A stretch of DNA of 64,000 nucleotides, taken from the NCBI RefSeq assembly GCF_000315625.1, contig NW_005434631.1, positions 513,039-577,038 of the forward strand, given 5' to 3'. The notes under the pieces were generated by a model that saw only the letters and a program-made list of their open reading frames with translations, made no database searches and was not told the origin of the DNA. Position numbers and translations under genes: made by a program. Shown here in pieces: positions 10,907-24,105 of the stretch. Position 1 is the first letter of the stretch, and each line of letters begins with the position of its first letter. Origin of the DNA: Guillardia theta CCMP2712. Its lineage: Eukaryota; Protista; Cryptophyta.

Positions 10907-12600
10907 TGGCAAAAGCCAGCACCAGGATGGCGATGAAGAGGGAGGGGGAGGGAGATGGAGAGGAAGAGAGTGGGAGGAAGTGAGAGACGGGGGCAAAGGT
11001 AGAGGTAGAAGGAGAAATAGATGTGGTAAACGATGTGACAGATACGTGACAGTAATAAGAGATCATTCGTCAAGGAAAACCATGATGCAGGAATGTGCAG
11101 CAAAATGTCGTAGTTGCACATGGCGGAGGAAACATCATGCTTGATGTTCCAGATAGAGCTACTGCCAGAGTGCATGTATGAGGCTCCAGAGAAATCGATG
11201 TTTTCTCCCATCCAATGTGGAATGGAGTCGGCGGCCGAAGAAATCCTGACACGTTGTTACTTGGCAGTTGTACCGTCCCGTTCCATCCCCTCCATCTCTT
11301 CTAACGGATAGTGAAGCAAACCGAGATCGGGTACTTTCCCATCTGATCAGACCTTTCTTCCTGTCAAGTCTTGTACTCCAAACCTCCTGCTCAATCTCCG
11401 CGCGCCAGCACAAATCATGGGATTCTCCGCGTTCCTCATCAGCATCATTGACACCGACGTCCGATCGGACAGGAGCTGTGGCCTCACGCAGAAGTATGTT
11501 GTGTACGTCATGAGGATCTGCAACGGAGACAAGCAATGGGTGTGCGAGAAGAGATACACTGACTTCATGATCTTGGACGAAGTGTTGAGGTCCAAGTTCT
11601 GGTACGCACAGGTAAGGACGGAGAGAGGGGGAAGGGGGGATGGGGGAAGAGAAAGCCTTGATGTTTGAATGACTGTGCTCAAGGTACCAAAGCTCCCACA
11701 GAAGAAATTGTTCTTCAACTTCGACGAACAATTCGTGAACAAGTGAGGAGGGGGAGGGGGAGAGGGTGGGGGTGGGGGTTGAGGATGAGGATGAGAAAGG
11801 GGTTGAAGAGGCGATAATGTTGCTTGTTCTCACTTTTTCGTGCAGGAGACGAAAAGAGCTTGAAGAGTACATGCGTTCTCTGCTTCAGGTGAGACCTAGC
11901 GAGTGAAGGCATGAGGGGGCTGGGGCTGTGCGTGGAGAAGGTTTCATAAGGGAAGGGAAAGGAAGATTTTCGTTTCTGACTTGATCCAAAGGTCGCCAGC
12001 TTCTCACAAAGTGATGAGATGTGGCAATTCTTGACCGATAGCAGCGTAAGCTCCTTGCCAATTTCCACCCTGCCCTCTTTCTCTTCTTCCCTCCCTCTCC
12101 CTCTCCCTCTCCCTCTCCCTCTCCCTCTCCCTCTCCCTCTCCCTCTCCCTCTCCCTCTCCCTCTCCCTCTCCCTCTCCCTCTCCCTCTCCCTCTCCTGAC
12201 GGACTGACTGACTGACTCATCTCTTCGCAGAATATTGTTGGGGTCCCTCCCGAGCTGCAGGAGGAGAACGTACGGCACAAGCAGGTGAGGGTGCAGCGCG
12301 TGAATGAGACGATAGAGTGAAAGAGCGCAGGTGCTGCCAATGGACGGGCCCTGAAGAATTTGGAGGGAATTAAATGAAGAGGAGGAGGAGGAGGAGGAGG
12401 AAATTTTGAGTGAGGGTGTGATGTGCTAGTATAGCTTACTGGAGAGATCATCTTGTATCGTTGATTTTCTTTGCATGTATTGTTGAATGTCGTAGATCTC
12501 TTCCTGATGATGGGGATGATGCAAAACAGGAGAATAAATCCCCGAACGAGCATGTCAGGCTGACTTTGCAACCTCACACAATCGTCCTCATCCAACGGAG
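10907..12600 (+). CDS. PX (phox homology) domain protein, multi-exon; ends approximate
   Basis: Spliced exons give [30 protein letters not shown]..|[20 protein letters not shown]|[14 protein letters not shown]|[14 protein letters not shown], with GT-AG introns (e.g. 11612-11683). Confidence 0.85.
12090..12195. repeat. (CTCTCC)n intronic microsatellite
   Basis: Seen directly. Confidence 0.9.
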
Positions 12601-13003
12601 GATCCCAGTCCTCCTGGGTTGGCTTGATGCCCCTTGAACAGCTCCTCCCCTCTCGGTGCTACACCTGCACCTGATGCGAATGGCGTCAATGGACAGCAGC
12701 AGCTGCTGCAGAGGAGGGAAGGCGAAGGCAGAAGATAAGCAGCACCGATAAGGAGAGGAGGAGCTAGAAGGAGAAGAAGGAGAACAAGCAGGGGCAGGAG
12801 GAGGAACAGGGGCAAGAAGATAAGACGGGCAGGAGCAGGGGCAGGGGCAGGGGCAGGAGCAGGAGCATACGTGGCGACGGCGGCAGCAAGCAGTTTTCTA
12901 CGAGCTCTTTCGCTGCGAAGAGAGCTGAGAGGGAGAAGAAATAGAATAGAGATACTACGTGTCAAGATCTTTCTTGCAGACCGATAGACCTGTCTTCATG
13001 ATA

Positions 13004-15501
13004 TCACAGGCGTTGTAGGTATGTTGCTGCTGTGATGTGAGCAAGAGCGAGAAAGCTGAAGAGAACAAGAGCGAGAAAGCTGGAGAGACGGGGAGGTGGA
13101 GGAGGGGCGGAGAAGATGGTTACCTGGGAGTGAGAAATACAAGAAGCCTGGCAGTCGATGAGATTTCTGTTTGCCTGTTGGAGTTGCTTTTTCTGGAGAG
13201 AGAGCAGAATGGTGAGTTTAGCACAAAAGAGGGGAGGGGAGAGAGGAGAGGAGGGGAGAGAGGAGAGGAGGGAAGAGAGGAGAGGAGGGGAGAAAGGAGA
13301 GGAGGGGAGGGGAGGGGAGGAGAGAGCGAGGCGAGAGAAGAGTGCGAGGAGAGAAGAGGAGAGAGGGGGGGGGGGGGGACAGGAGAGGAGAAGGGAGGAA
13401 GTTTCACTCACAACAAGCTCTACTCTCTTCAAACTCATCATTGATGTCTTCTCGCACTTGACAATCAAAGAAGTCGAGTTCTTCTCGTGACTCTCAAACC
13501 TGACAGAAGTCCATTCTCACCATTGCAGATGCAACCCTAAACCCTCTCCCCTCCTCCTCCTCCTCCTCCTCCGAAACACCACTACTTGCAAGTCCTTTAA
13601 ATCTCCCCTCCCCTTCCTGTCTCAGTCTTCCTCCTCTTTCTCCTTCTCCTCCTGTCTCTGTCCTCCTCCCCCTCTTCGTCCTCTCCCTTCCTCTCCTCCT
13701 CCTCCTCTCCCTTCCTCTCCTCCTCATGCACATACCTCCCCATGACTTCCTGCAACTTCTGCTTTTCTCGCTTCAGACGCTCATCGCAAATCTCCAGCCC
13801 AGTCAGGCAACGCAGAACAACATAGGCGCTTACTTCACTGCCGTTGGCAAGGAGAGACGCGGCAAGAGAGGTCTCGTTGAGCTGAAGAAAAGACTAGTGA
13901 GATAGAACAGGCGAAGAAGCAGGAGGAGGAGGAGGAGGAGGAGGAGGAGGGAGGAGGAGGAGGAGGAGGAGGGAGGAGGAGGAGGGAGGAGGGAGGAGGA
14001 GGAGGAGGAGGNNNNNNNNNNNNNNNNNNNNNNNNNNNNNNNNNNNNNNNNNNNNNNNNNNNNNNNNNNNNNNNNNNNNNNNNNNNNNNNNNNNNNNNNN
14101 NNNNNNNNNNNNNNNNNNNNNNNNNNNNNNNNNNNNNNNNNNNNNNNNNNNNNNNNNNNNNNNNNNNNNNNNNNNNNNNNNNNNNNNNNNNNNNNNNNNN
14201 NNNNNNNNNNNNNNNNNNNNNNNNNNNNNNNNNNNNNNNNNNNNNNNNNNNNNNNNNNNNNNNNNNNNNNNNNNNNNNNNNNNNNNNNNNNNNNNNNNNN
14301 NNNNNNNNNNNNNNNNNNNNNNNNNNNNNNNNNNNNNNNNNNNNNNNNNNNNNNNNNNNNNNNNNNNNNNNNNNNNNNNNNNNNNNNNNNNNNNNNNNNN
14401 NNNNNNNNNNNNNNNNNNNNNNNNNNNNNNNNNNNNNNNNNNNNNNNNNNNNNNNNNNNNNNNNNNNNNNNNNNNNNNNNNNNNNNNNNNNNNNNNNNNN
14501 NNNNNNNNNNNNNNNNNNNNNNNNNNNNNNNNNNNNNNNNNNNNNNNNNNNNNNNNNNNNNNNNNNNNNNNNNNNNNNNNNNNNNNNNNNNNNNNNNNNN
14601 NNNNNNNNNNNNNNNNNNNNNNNNNNNNNNNNNNNNNNNNNNNNNNNNNNNNNNNNNNNNNNNNNNNNNNNNNNNNNNNNNNNNNNNNNNNNNNNTCCTC
14701 CTCCTCCTCCTCCTCCTCCTCACCCAGCTGCGAGACGCTGGTTTGATTGCAGAAAGCTTGCCCTTTGTCTCCGTCACATGTCAGGGTGGAGCAATTTGGC
14801 TGACCTTTTTCGCTCATGGAGGACAAGAGCGACTTTGATTCCTGCAGCTGCTCCTGCAATGCGGCGATTTTGTTCTGGAGAGAGTGTGATGGCGGATGAG
14901 GACGAGGAGAGAAGTGAAAGAGGGAGGAGGGAGGAGGGAGGAGAGAGGAGGGAGGAAGAGGAAGGAGGGAGGAGGGAGGGGGGAGAGGGAGGAGGGAGGG
15001 GGGAAGAGAGACGGGGGAGGAGAGAGTGTACAGAGAGGAGAGAGGAGGGAGGTGACAGAGGGGAGACGTGGGAGAGAGGAGGGAAAGAGGGGAGGGAGGA
15101 AAACGATGAGGACGAAGACGAGGACGAAATAGGACTTGAGCGATCGTACTTGCAAAATGATCATGTCATGCTCATGTTTCGTGTTGAGTCTGTTTGTAAA
15201 AATCATGGGATTGCTATTAACACCCTCTCCTTTCCTTCCATCACCATCATCATCATCATCATCATCATCATCGTCATTGTCATTGTCATCATCACCATCA
15301 TCGTCATCGTCATCATCTGGATATCTTTCCTCACCTTTTGTTCATCTCGTCAAGATGTTCTTTCTGTTTGGCGCAAGAGCTCATGTCTGCACTCAATCGT
15401 CAAAAACTGCACGAGATGATGAAGAATGTGAAACAAGACAAAATTGAGCCAAACAACTTGTGATTAAATGTGAAGAGGAATAAAGGAAACGAGTACCCAA
15501 A

Positions 15502-15543
<42 letters not shown>

Positions 15544-15564
15544 AGCAGGAGGAGGAGCAGGAGG

Positions 15565-15629
<65 letters not shown>

Positions 15630-16433
15630 CAGGAGCAGCAGAACAAGAATCGTTGCATCATTTTCTTGTACCTGTCTCATGACTTCTCTGCTCCATCAAC
15701 AGATCGTGCTTACAAACCCTGACCCTGATGCGATCAAATGCAACGACAGGTCAGATCAGTGCAATGCAAGCATTCACAGAATCGTCAGATCTTTCTTTCT
15801 TACGTCGAAGACAAGTTGGAAGACAGCAAATGCGCGTCGTTCTCATGGTGCTCGGCATGGCTGAAAGCAGCAAATGAGGTGGAGAGGGATGGAAATTTCC
15901 TTTCCTCCTCACCCTAAGTGTCGGATGAATTCCCACACAAGATGCGGATAATCTTGTTTCGTGCTTCTCCTTGCAGCAACATGTTAGGAGTGATGAGATG
16001 AGATGAGATTAGATGAGATGAGATGAGATGAGATGAGACGAGATGAGATGAGATGAGATGAGATGAGATGAGATGAGATGAGATGAGACGAGATGAGACG
16101 AGACGAGACGAGATGAGATGAGGGGGAAGGGGAGGGGGGGGCAGCAGACTTATCGGCACGACAGATTGTGATCTTGCCGTAACGATGTGCCAGCGATGCA
16201 AACTGTGAGCGAAGAGCGATCAGCATGAGAAGAAAGGAAAAGGGAAGAGAAGGAGGAAGAAGAAGAAAAGGGGGAAAGGCAGGAGCGGCAGAGCTTGCAA
16301 TTCTTACCAAGAAAGCGCAAACAATGATTGAGAGAAATATTCTCAACCACGTACTTTGATTCTTCTGTTGCCACACCAATGAGAGACAAACCGCAATCAA
16401 CATCATCATCATCATCATCATCATCAGCATCAG

Positions 16434-16479
<46 letters not shown>

Positions 16480-16774
16480 TCCTTCTCCATCACCATTACC
16501 ATCCTCGACAGCAGCAGCAGCAGCAATTACAAAAACAACGTTCTTCAGCAGCAGCATGGTTCATGGAATGATTGTCACCTGCACTTTCTTGGCCATGGAA
16601 AGTTTTTCATTCAGCTGTCTGACAGCCGACTGCAACTTTTGTCATGGAACAAGAATAGAAGTGAGTCCGGAAGAAGCACCTTGAGCTGATTGTTCTCCTC
16701 TTCAACCTGCGGGTTGTTTCATCATCGTGAAATCATCCCATTCCCAAGTTGACTTGTTTTTTATGAGGATGGAA

Positions 16775-16831
<57 letters not shown>

Positions 16832-18355
16832 GAGGAGGAGGAGGAGGAGGAGGAGGAGGAGGAGGAGGAGGAGGAGGAGGAGGAGGAGGAGGAGGAGGAG
16901 GAGGAGATCATGATGAGGATGACAAAGATCGAAGATATTGGAATGATGATGACAATGGCTATTGTTCACACAGCCATACAAACCCTCACCTCAGCGCGCG
17001 AGATCGCAAACCCTTCTTCAATCTCTGCAATCTTGGCATCTTCGTCACATCCCCACCAAGAACAACAAGCTGCTCCACCGACTCGCTCCTCCTCACCTGC
17101 GATCTGGACGTCGCAAACTCGCTTTCCATTATCTCCATCTGCCTCCCAGCTCAGTGCTGACCGACGGCTCTACATCTACCTCCACCTTCTCCTGGAAGCC
17201 CGACAGCTCCTGGGCCTTGTCCTTGAGCAGCAGCTCCAGTTCTGCTACTACAAAGGCGCAACAAGCTTCAGTCCTCCCTCCCCGCCGCCCTCCCTCCCTC
17301 TCACCTCTGCTCTTCGCTGCCAGCAGGGCCTCTTGCTGCAAGCATCAAGCAGCGTCATCCCCTCCTACCCACCGCCTCTCTCCCTCTTACATCGTGAGTC
17401 AGGTTGGCGCAGTCCATCGGCCCCTGAGGAGGAGGAGGTCACTCACGTCGATCCACACGGCAGCTCCTCACCCGCACTGCTGTCTCGGATGCATCGAACG
17501 TCTCCATCGCCTCCTCTCCTCCCCTGCTCTTCCTCCTCCTCTCTCCCTCCACCTCCTCCGCCATCCTCTCCTGCTCCACACGCATCTCCAGCATCTCGTG
17601 CTCCATTGTCTTGATCTTGTCCTCCTTCCTCCTCACCTCCTCCTCCAGCTCCCTGCACCTTGCCGCCGAGCTCTCTGCCTCCAGCCGAAGGTCGAGAGCG
17701 GCCGCTGCCATCTTCCTCGTCTCCTCCGCCAGCATGTGTTCAGCAGACGAGTACTTCATCCGCAGCTTGCTCGCGCTCCTCGCCCGAAGCTCCTCCAGCT
17801 CCCGCTCGATCCTAGCGCTCTCCTTAAGCCAGGTCTCCGACAGGAGCTTCTTAGAAGACGCCCTCGAACTATCGGAGCTGGTCTCGTGCTGGGAGATGCA
17901 GGACATGGAAAGATCGATGATCCGATGTTTCTCCTGCCCCTCCCTTCGTCGTCGCCATGGCGCGGAGGAGGCGACAGCAGGGTAGAGGCAGCCGACATCT
18001 CTCCGAGCCGATGAGCGTCCGACGGCTCCCCAACCCTGACATCTCCCTTCATCTCCTCCTGCTCATCAGACTGGTCGTTGTTGAAGCCAGATCGCACTGC
18101 TGTCTCGACTGCTGGGCCCCTCCTTACCCTCACCTTCATGGTACCTGCCTCCTCTCCCGCTCCCATCTTTTCTCCTGGAACGTCCTGGGCATCTGCTACC
18201 TGCTTCGACTTTCTTCCTCCTTGTTTCTCAGAACCCTCGGAGTAGAGGAGGAGGGAGGGAGGGGGGGAAAGGTAGATCTCTTCCACGAAGATGTTCATCC
18301 GTTGCTCCGGGCTGGGAGGGTATTCGCTCGACGTTACTTGCTGGCGGTCAAACAT
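13004..18355 (-). CDS. Large multi-exon coiled-coil protein (spans an N gap; could be more than one gene)
   Basis: E/K/R/Q-rich heptad exons, e.g. 17439-17906 (RIERELEELRAR..RCRELEEEVRRKEDKIKTMEHE), separated by repeat-filled introns. Confidence 0.55.
15992..16121. repeat. (GATGA)n pentanucleotide microsatellite
   Basis: Seen directly. Confidence 0.9.
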
Positions 18356-19304
18356 GCTGCACAAGAGTCTTGCCTCCACTTGACATCAACTGCAATCAGC
18401 AGAACTCGTGAGATCATTTCAACGTGTTCTCAACAACGAGGACAAGCTCTACTCTACTCATTTCGCTTCTTTTCCCTCACTTTCTTGACGGACGTTGCAC
18501 CTCCATCTCTCTCACCCGCGGTGAATAAAACTTCAAACAAGATAATGAACTTCTCTGTACACTAACCACTTGCACTCGACCACTCCAGAACGATTCTGAC
18601 TTCTTTCTTTGTATTGAAATCTGCATCAACTAACCATCCTCCAAAGTCACACCTATTGTTCTGATGTGTTTCCATCCGATCTGCTCCTAACTCACTGATC
18701 ATCGCCTGCTCTCCCCTCCTCTCTTCCTTTCTCCCCGTCCTGCTGCTGGGTCCTCTCCTGATCTGCCTTCTCTCCTTCATTCTCAGCATGTTCGCCATGA
18801 CTACCTCTCGCTCACTCAATCCTTGCCAGTATGATCGTATGGTTTTTGGTGGAAAACGCCCCCTTTGGGTATTTTTCCACAAGTTGAACAACATTATGAA
18901 ATCACGTAAACTTGTTTTAATAATTCTGAATGTTGCTGATAAAACTTTCAAAATATTGTTCTATACTGTACTTTGACCGCCCCAAAGAAAAATCACAAAT
19001 TCAGTCAGTCAAAAGTATGAATGCCCCGGGGCCATTGTACAATGTTAGGGGGTGGGGGTACCCACCCCCTTGTGTTCCACCCCTGTCACCATGTCATCCG
19101 CCATGGTGGAGACGGTCATCAAGGGCAACACCCGGTGTTCTTCTGGTACATTAGAGGGGTAGGGGTGATAGAATGATTATCACTGAATTTACAGTAGGGG
19201 TACGGCAGTACCCCATATAGAGCTTCCATGACCCGGTAGTTTCCCTCTCGATGGGGGGTCCAAGGCCACCACCGACGTTTGGGAGTCCGAACTTGATTGT
19301 CCAC

Positions 19305-19380
19305 GTACTGATTTTTAACTTAACTTTGAGTAAACCAGTGACCTGAATGGTACTGATTTTTCACTTAACTTTGAGTAAAC
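19305..19380 (+). repeat. Tandem pair of 31-bp motif GTACTGATTTTT(A/C)ACTTAACTTTGAGTAAAC
   Basis: 19305-19335 and 19350-19380, 30/31 identical. Confidence 0.9.
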
Positions 19381-19850
19381 TCAGAATGGAATTTGCTCGA
19401 CTCAGGAGGCTTGAGGGCCGGGCCCCGGCCGGAAAGTGAAATGTGTAACGGTTTGACTGAATTTGTAACGGATTCAAATCATGAAGAGTCATGGTGAGGA
19501 CACCGGTTCCAGAATTTTAATGGGGGTGGGGGTACAAATTTTGAGGGTGGGATAAAACGATAGTGCTGGAGTACCCGGTACTATCTGGTAAAATATTCGT
19601 TATATCATGGGGTATGTACATAAATGACGGGTACGTTCTCTTAATATACAGGGTGGGGGTGCATCTCACGGAGGAATCGGGAATCTGAGCGGTGGGGAAG
19701 AGTATGGCAGAAATCGGGAGGTAGGAGGGGAGAGGAGAAGCGAGAGGAAGAGAGGAAGAGATCAGAGGATCATCAAGCAGAGCTCAAACAAGAGACCAGA
19801 GTGTTGAGGAGGAAACGAGCCTGGTGCTGAGAATGACGTCGCCGACTGCC

Positions 19851-21482
19851 ATGAAGCTAGCTCGCTCCAAGGTCGGGGGTGGGCTGGCATTCTTGCTTCT
19901 TGTAGCCGGGGTTATGGTGGCGCATCGAAACTCCGATGGTGACTTGGCCATGCTCCTCTGGTTGTTGTAACATGCTTGACAGTGGTGACCCTGGTTTCTT
20001 CCCCTTCCGTCACCTACGTAACTCCGCAAGCAACTCAGTTCTCTATCACAGTCCCCAAGGACTGGAAGGTTGGGAGCATGCTAGGGCTCAAGGTTCGCAC
20101 AGAGAACCTCTCCTCCACCTTGCTGATCCCATGACAGATTCCCGGCCGAGGAGACTCGGTTATCAAGGTCCCTGCTGGAGTCAAGCCCGGGGAAACGTTT
20201 GTCTTCAACTTGGGGGGGGGCAGTGCTGCTGTACGTCTGGTCTTCTGCACTCCCGCACATGCTGAGACACGAGCAGAAGGAAATCGCTGTTTCCGCAAAG
20301 ATCGAGAGCGGCCGCAAGATCCCCAGCTCCAGAAACACGTTGTTGAAGCTGGAGCAAAAGGATTTGACGTCGTTCCAGGTCAGTGAGGAAGACAGGAGGG
20401 TCGGGGGTGCTCGAAGTTGACAGCAGCGCAGGGGATGCTGACGTACGAGCGTGCGTTGAGACAGACCATGGGGAAGATCAGGCACACGTAAGTCCTGCCC
20501 ATGATGAGGCGACAGCGCTTGTCATCTCACTGGGAGCTGGGCTGCAGGTGGAAGACATCGAAGCTGCAGGAGAGCGACGAGCCTGAGATGGATACAGAGC
20601 ACTTCATCCCCGCTGAGCTCGCTCCTGAGGCAGAGGGATGGGATCCTACGAACCCCAATGGCTTCCCTGCCAAGCCGGCGGACAAGAACAACGTAAACGG
20701 AGTGCCGGGTCAGTACGAGCATGGGTGGAGGCGAGCAACTCACGGTTTGTGTTTAGGATACACGTACGCTACCAATGGGAATGACCTTGAAGTGGAAGAT
20801 GAGGTCCTCAAACTCTAGATGTTGATCATGTCAAGGACAAGGATGTTGTGGTCGCTTTTGTTGGTTAGGATGATGGAGATGGAGATGGTGGTGATTCCGA
20901 GGACGAACTTTGTTGTTATCGACAATGGAGATGCAGGAGGAGATAGCTGCATGTCTTGCTCTTTCCTCATCAGTTTCCCGCAAGTTGGCCGTCCTCACGT
21001 TCGGTTCTTTCCCAGGGAGAGGGTTACTATCAGCCAGAGGACCCCGAGCACCTCGAAGAGTACAAGCAGCTTCTCAAGTAACAGTTGCCCATCCCCATCC
21101 CTTCCTCCTCTCTCCTCCCCCTTCCCTTCCTCAACCTCCCTTCCTCCCCCGTCCCTTCCTCCCCCGTCCCTTCCTCCCCCGTCCCTTCCTCCCCCCTCCC
21201 TTCCTCCCCTTCCCTTCCTCACCCCTTCACCCCCGCTTCGTCTCCTTCTCTTTCCGTTTCCGATTTGTTCACTCGACCTCGTACAGGTACGACTGCTTCG
21301 CTAAACCCGGCAAGCCCTGGCTGGATCACGCTAACTGCGCCGCTCTCGTCAAACGGTCCCACCTGTACCCCAACGCGGACATGTTCCGGTTCTCTGGCGC
21401 GTTCGGATGGAACCCTCCCTTCCCCGACGGGCCGACGGCGAAGAATGCCAAGGGAGCAGAAGCGCCATCAGCCAACGAGTGA
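19851..21482 (+). CDS. Hypothetical signal-anchored or secreted protein, multi-exon
   Basis: MKLARSKVGGGLAFLLLVAGVMVA N-terminus; VPAGVKPGETFVF exon; last exon DCFAKPGKPWLDHANCAALV..SANE*. Confidence 0.5.
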
Positions 21483-21901
21483 GTCTGACATGGCGGGAGC
21501 TGCGCGAGCAAGGGGTGATGAGGTGTTAGGTACTGGAACTATGGCAGTGACGAGGACCTGGAGAGCGCGGCCTCGTGGAATGGGAAGGAGTACGTCACGT
21601 GCTGCTGTTCCACTTGTTCGTAATGCTCCCTCAGGTACACAGAATCGGACGCGAAGTGAGGACGTGACGTGGGCTAAACAACAAATGGAGGAAAGGCTGT
21701 TGCTGTAAATTTCAAGGTTCAGTGCAGCGTGAACTCGATCTGGTGTATCTTGTTTGATAAAAACAGTTAAGATGAAAACAGTTAGAACTAGGAAATTACA
21801 AGCTCAGCAGCCTAGCTATCACAGTTATCTACAGGTTTGATATGCTACAGTAGGTAGTCAGGCCCAGCAGAAATCTATCTTGCGCTGTCATATCTGCTCG
21901 C

Positions 21902-23355
21902 TCACGTTTGAGGCGTTGCGGGGCCCTCGCCTCTCAGTCGCAGGGATCGCAAGCGTCTCAGCAGCAGCCCAGAGTCGATGCGCACAGCCGGATCGTGAGC
22001 CCAGGAAGCTTCGAGGATGGGGATGAGCCTCCGGCACTTGAGCCGATCGACGGGGGGGCGGATGAAGGGGCGATGGCTCTCGTTTGTGATCTCGTAGATC
22101 ACATCGGAGAATGCCTGCTTGCAGGAGAACATCTCCCAGACGATCAGCGCGCAAGAGAAGATGTCTGCCTTGCAAGAGACCATGGGATTGTCCAGTTGCA
22201 GCTCAGGAGCCGTGTACCGCTGGTCCCTGGCAAAGCGCAAGCCTTGGGGGCGAAGGCCCTTGATCTTGACTGACTGCATGTCCTCCGTGATGACGATGTT
22301 GTCTGGGCAGAGGTCGAGATGCAGGATGGGATGCTCCTGTGTGTGCAGGAAGTGCAACCCCTTGACAAGCGCGAGACTCCAGCGAAGGGCCAGCTTGTTG
22401 CTGACATGTCTTCCTCCCTCACAGTCACGCTTGCTCATCCAGATCTCCTTCAGCGTGTATCCTGGAATCCACTCCAGCAGCACAGCATGTCTCCTCTCTT
22501 CCTCAGCTATCGATTCGACTGTCCCCGCAAACTGCTGCACGTTGGGGTGGTTGGGAACCGTCGAGAGGAAGCCGGCAAGCTCCCTAAGCTTGCTCTCAGC
22601 TTCCTCCGACGTCTCTGCAGTCCTGTTGCACTTTGCCACCAGCTGGTGGCTGCGAACTATGACTCGATGGGTCTCGTAGTCCTGTTGCCATGTCAGTGCG
22701 CCGCGTCGTCAGCATCATCGGAGGCTCCTCACCTGCCCACACTTGAGGCGGCAGATCCAGTCGATCTCATCGTGTCCGATGATCTCGTTCCTCAGGCAGT
22801 GATCATCTGCTGGTTCCCTCTTGGACAGACACTGAGAGTTCCTCCTGCTCTTCACTGTTTTCTCCTTCGGAACGCTGCTCGTTCTCTGAACACGCTTTCT
22901 TCTGAAGAGCCAGTCCATACAACCAATCTCCGCCTCGTTCTCGAGAAAGGTCCAATCTATATCAGAGCAATCGGACAAACAGTTTGTCGGAGCTTCCGAC
23001 ACATACGTGTTGTCAAGATCATAGTATCCTGCGTCTGACTTCCAGGAAACCTCCGACTGAGTGGACTTTGAGGAGTTGTCCCCTGAGGCGACGGGCTTCA
23101 CAAAGTCGCAGCTCCGCAGCCTATCGAGCTGCAAGACGAGGCCTTCGACTTCCGAGTATGCGTTGCATGCAATCCCATGGCTCTCCTCCTTCATGATCAG
23201 CAACTGGAGGCAACGTGTCAGTGTCAACCACACTGTTGTGACTCAGGACAAGGTGGGAGAAGTTAAGACTTTGAAGCTTGAGAGCGTCTTGAAATGAGGA
23301 GATTGTTCGAATACTGCAGCACCTCGTCTAACATTGGATCGTTCAATCCTTGCAT
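21902..23355 (-). CDS. Protein kinase-fold protein (TKL-like), probable pseudokinase; start approximate
   Basis: HPNVQQFAG, LLEWIPG, GLHFLH..ILHLDLCPDNI, YTAPE, KADIFSCALIVWEM, WAHDPAVR. Confidence 0.8.
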
Positions 23356-24105
23356 ACTTCTAGATGTGCTGCTTCTCACCCTCTCTTCTCCCCCTGCCAA
23401 TCCTCTGGGCCCTTTGCCCTCTACGACTCATAACCCCTTTTCCGGTGTCGCAAACCATCGGGCGATCCTATCTTACCCTACTAATACTTCTCCTTACAAC
23501 TCCATTGACCTCTATCCCTCAGAACTTCGCTGTTCCTTGCCCCCTTTCTCCTCCCTCCCTTCGCCATCTCTCCCTATCCTCCGCCTCGCTCCAACGCCCA
23601 TTCCATCTTCGCCCACTTCTCGTCACCCTTCGTCGGTCATATTTGAAAAAACTTCTTTTCGCAAACAACCCCACATACACATCACCCCCCAAAGTTCTAC
23701 TCGACCACCCCCTGGTCCTATGTACCTCATCATATCCATTCACCACCCCACCCTTAAATACCCTTCACCACCCCTATCTCCCAATTCGAAGGATTTTGAA
23801 GGGCCACGAGACCACTGTTAACTTGTATTCAGGGTCACATCGTTGCATTCGACAAATTTAACTAACTTCTATGTTAAATTTTCAACTGTGGGAAAGAAAT
23901 TTGAAAGCTGTCTGTTTTTCACTTTACAAGGTCACGAGGTTGTGCTCTAGTACCCCACCCCCTTAATTACCTTCTTTACAGTGGTTTTCAGGGGTGTGTG
24001 ACATCGGCGGGGTCGTCCGGCAAGACGTTATGAAGGCAAGTGTCATGTAGGACGGTTAGAAAACGGTTACAGAGGCAAAGCTTGCAACCTATGAGCAGAC
24101 GGCTC

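Noticed and set aside
13830-14859. Long ORFs spanning N runs, and poly-L/S/E/M/H ORFs throughout the window
   Set aside because: Artefacts of assembly gaps and trinucleotide microsatellites
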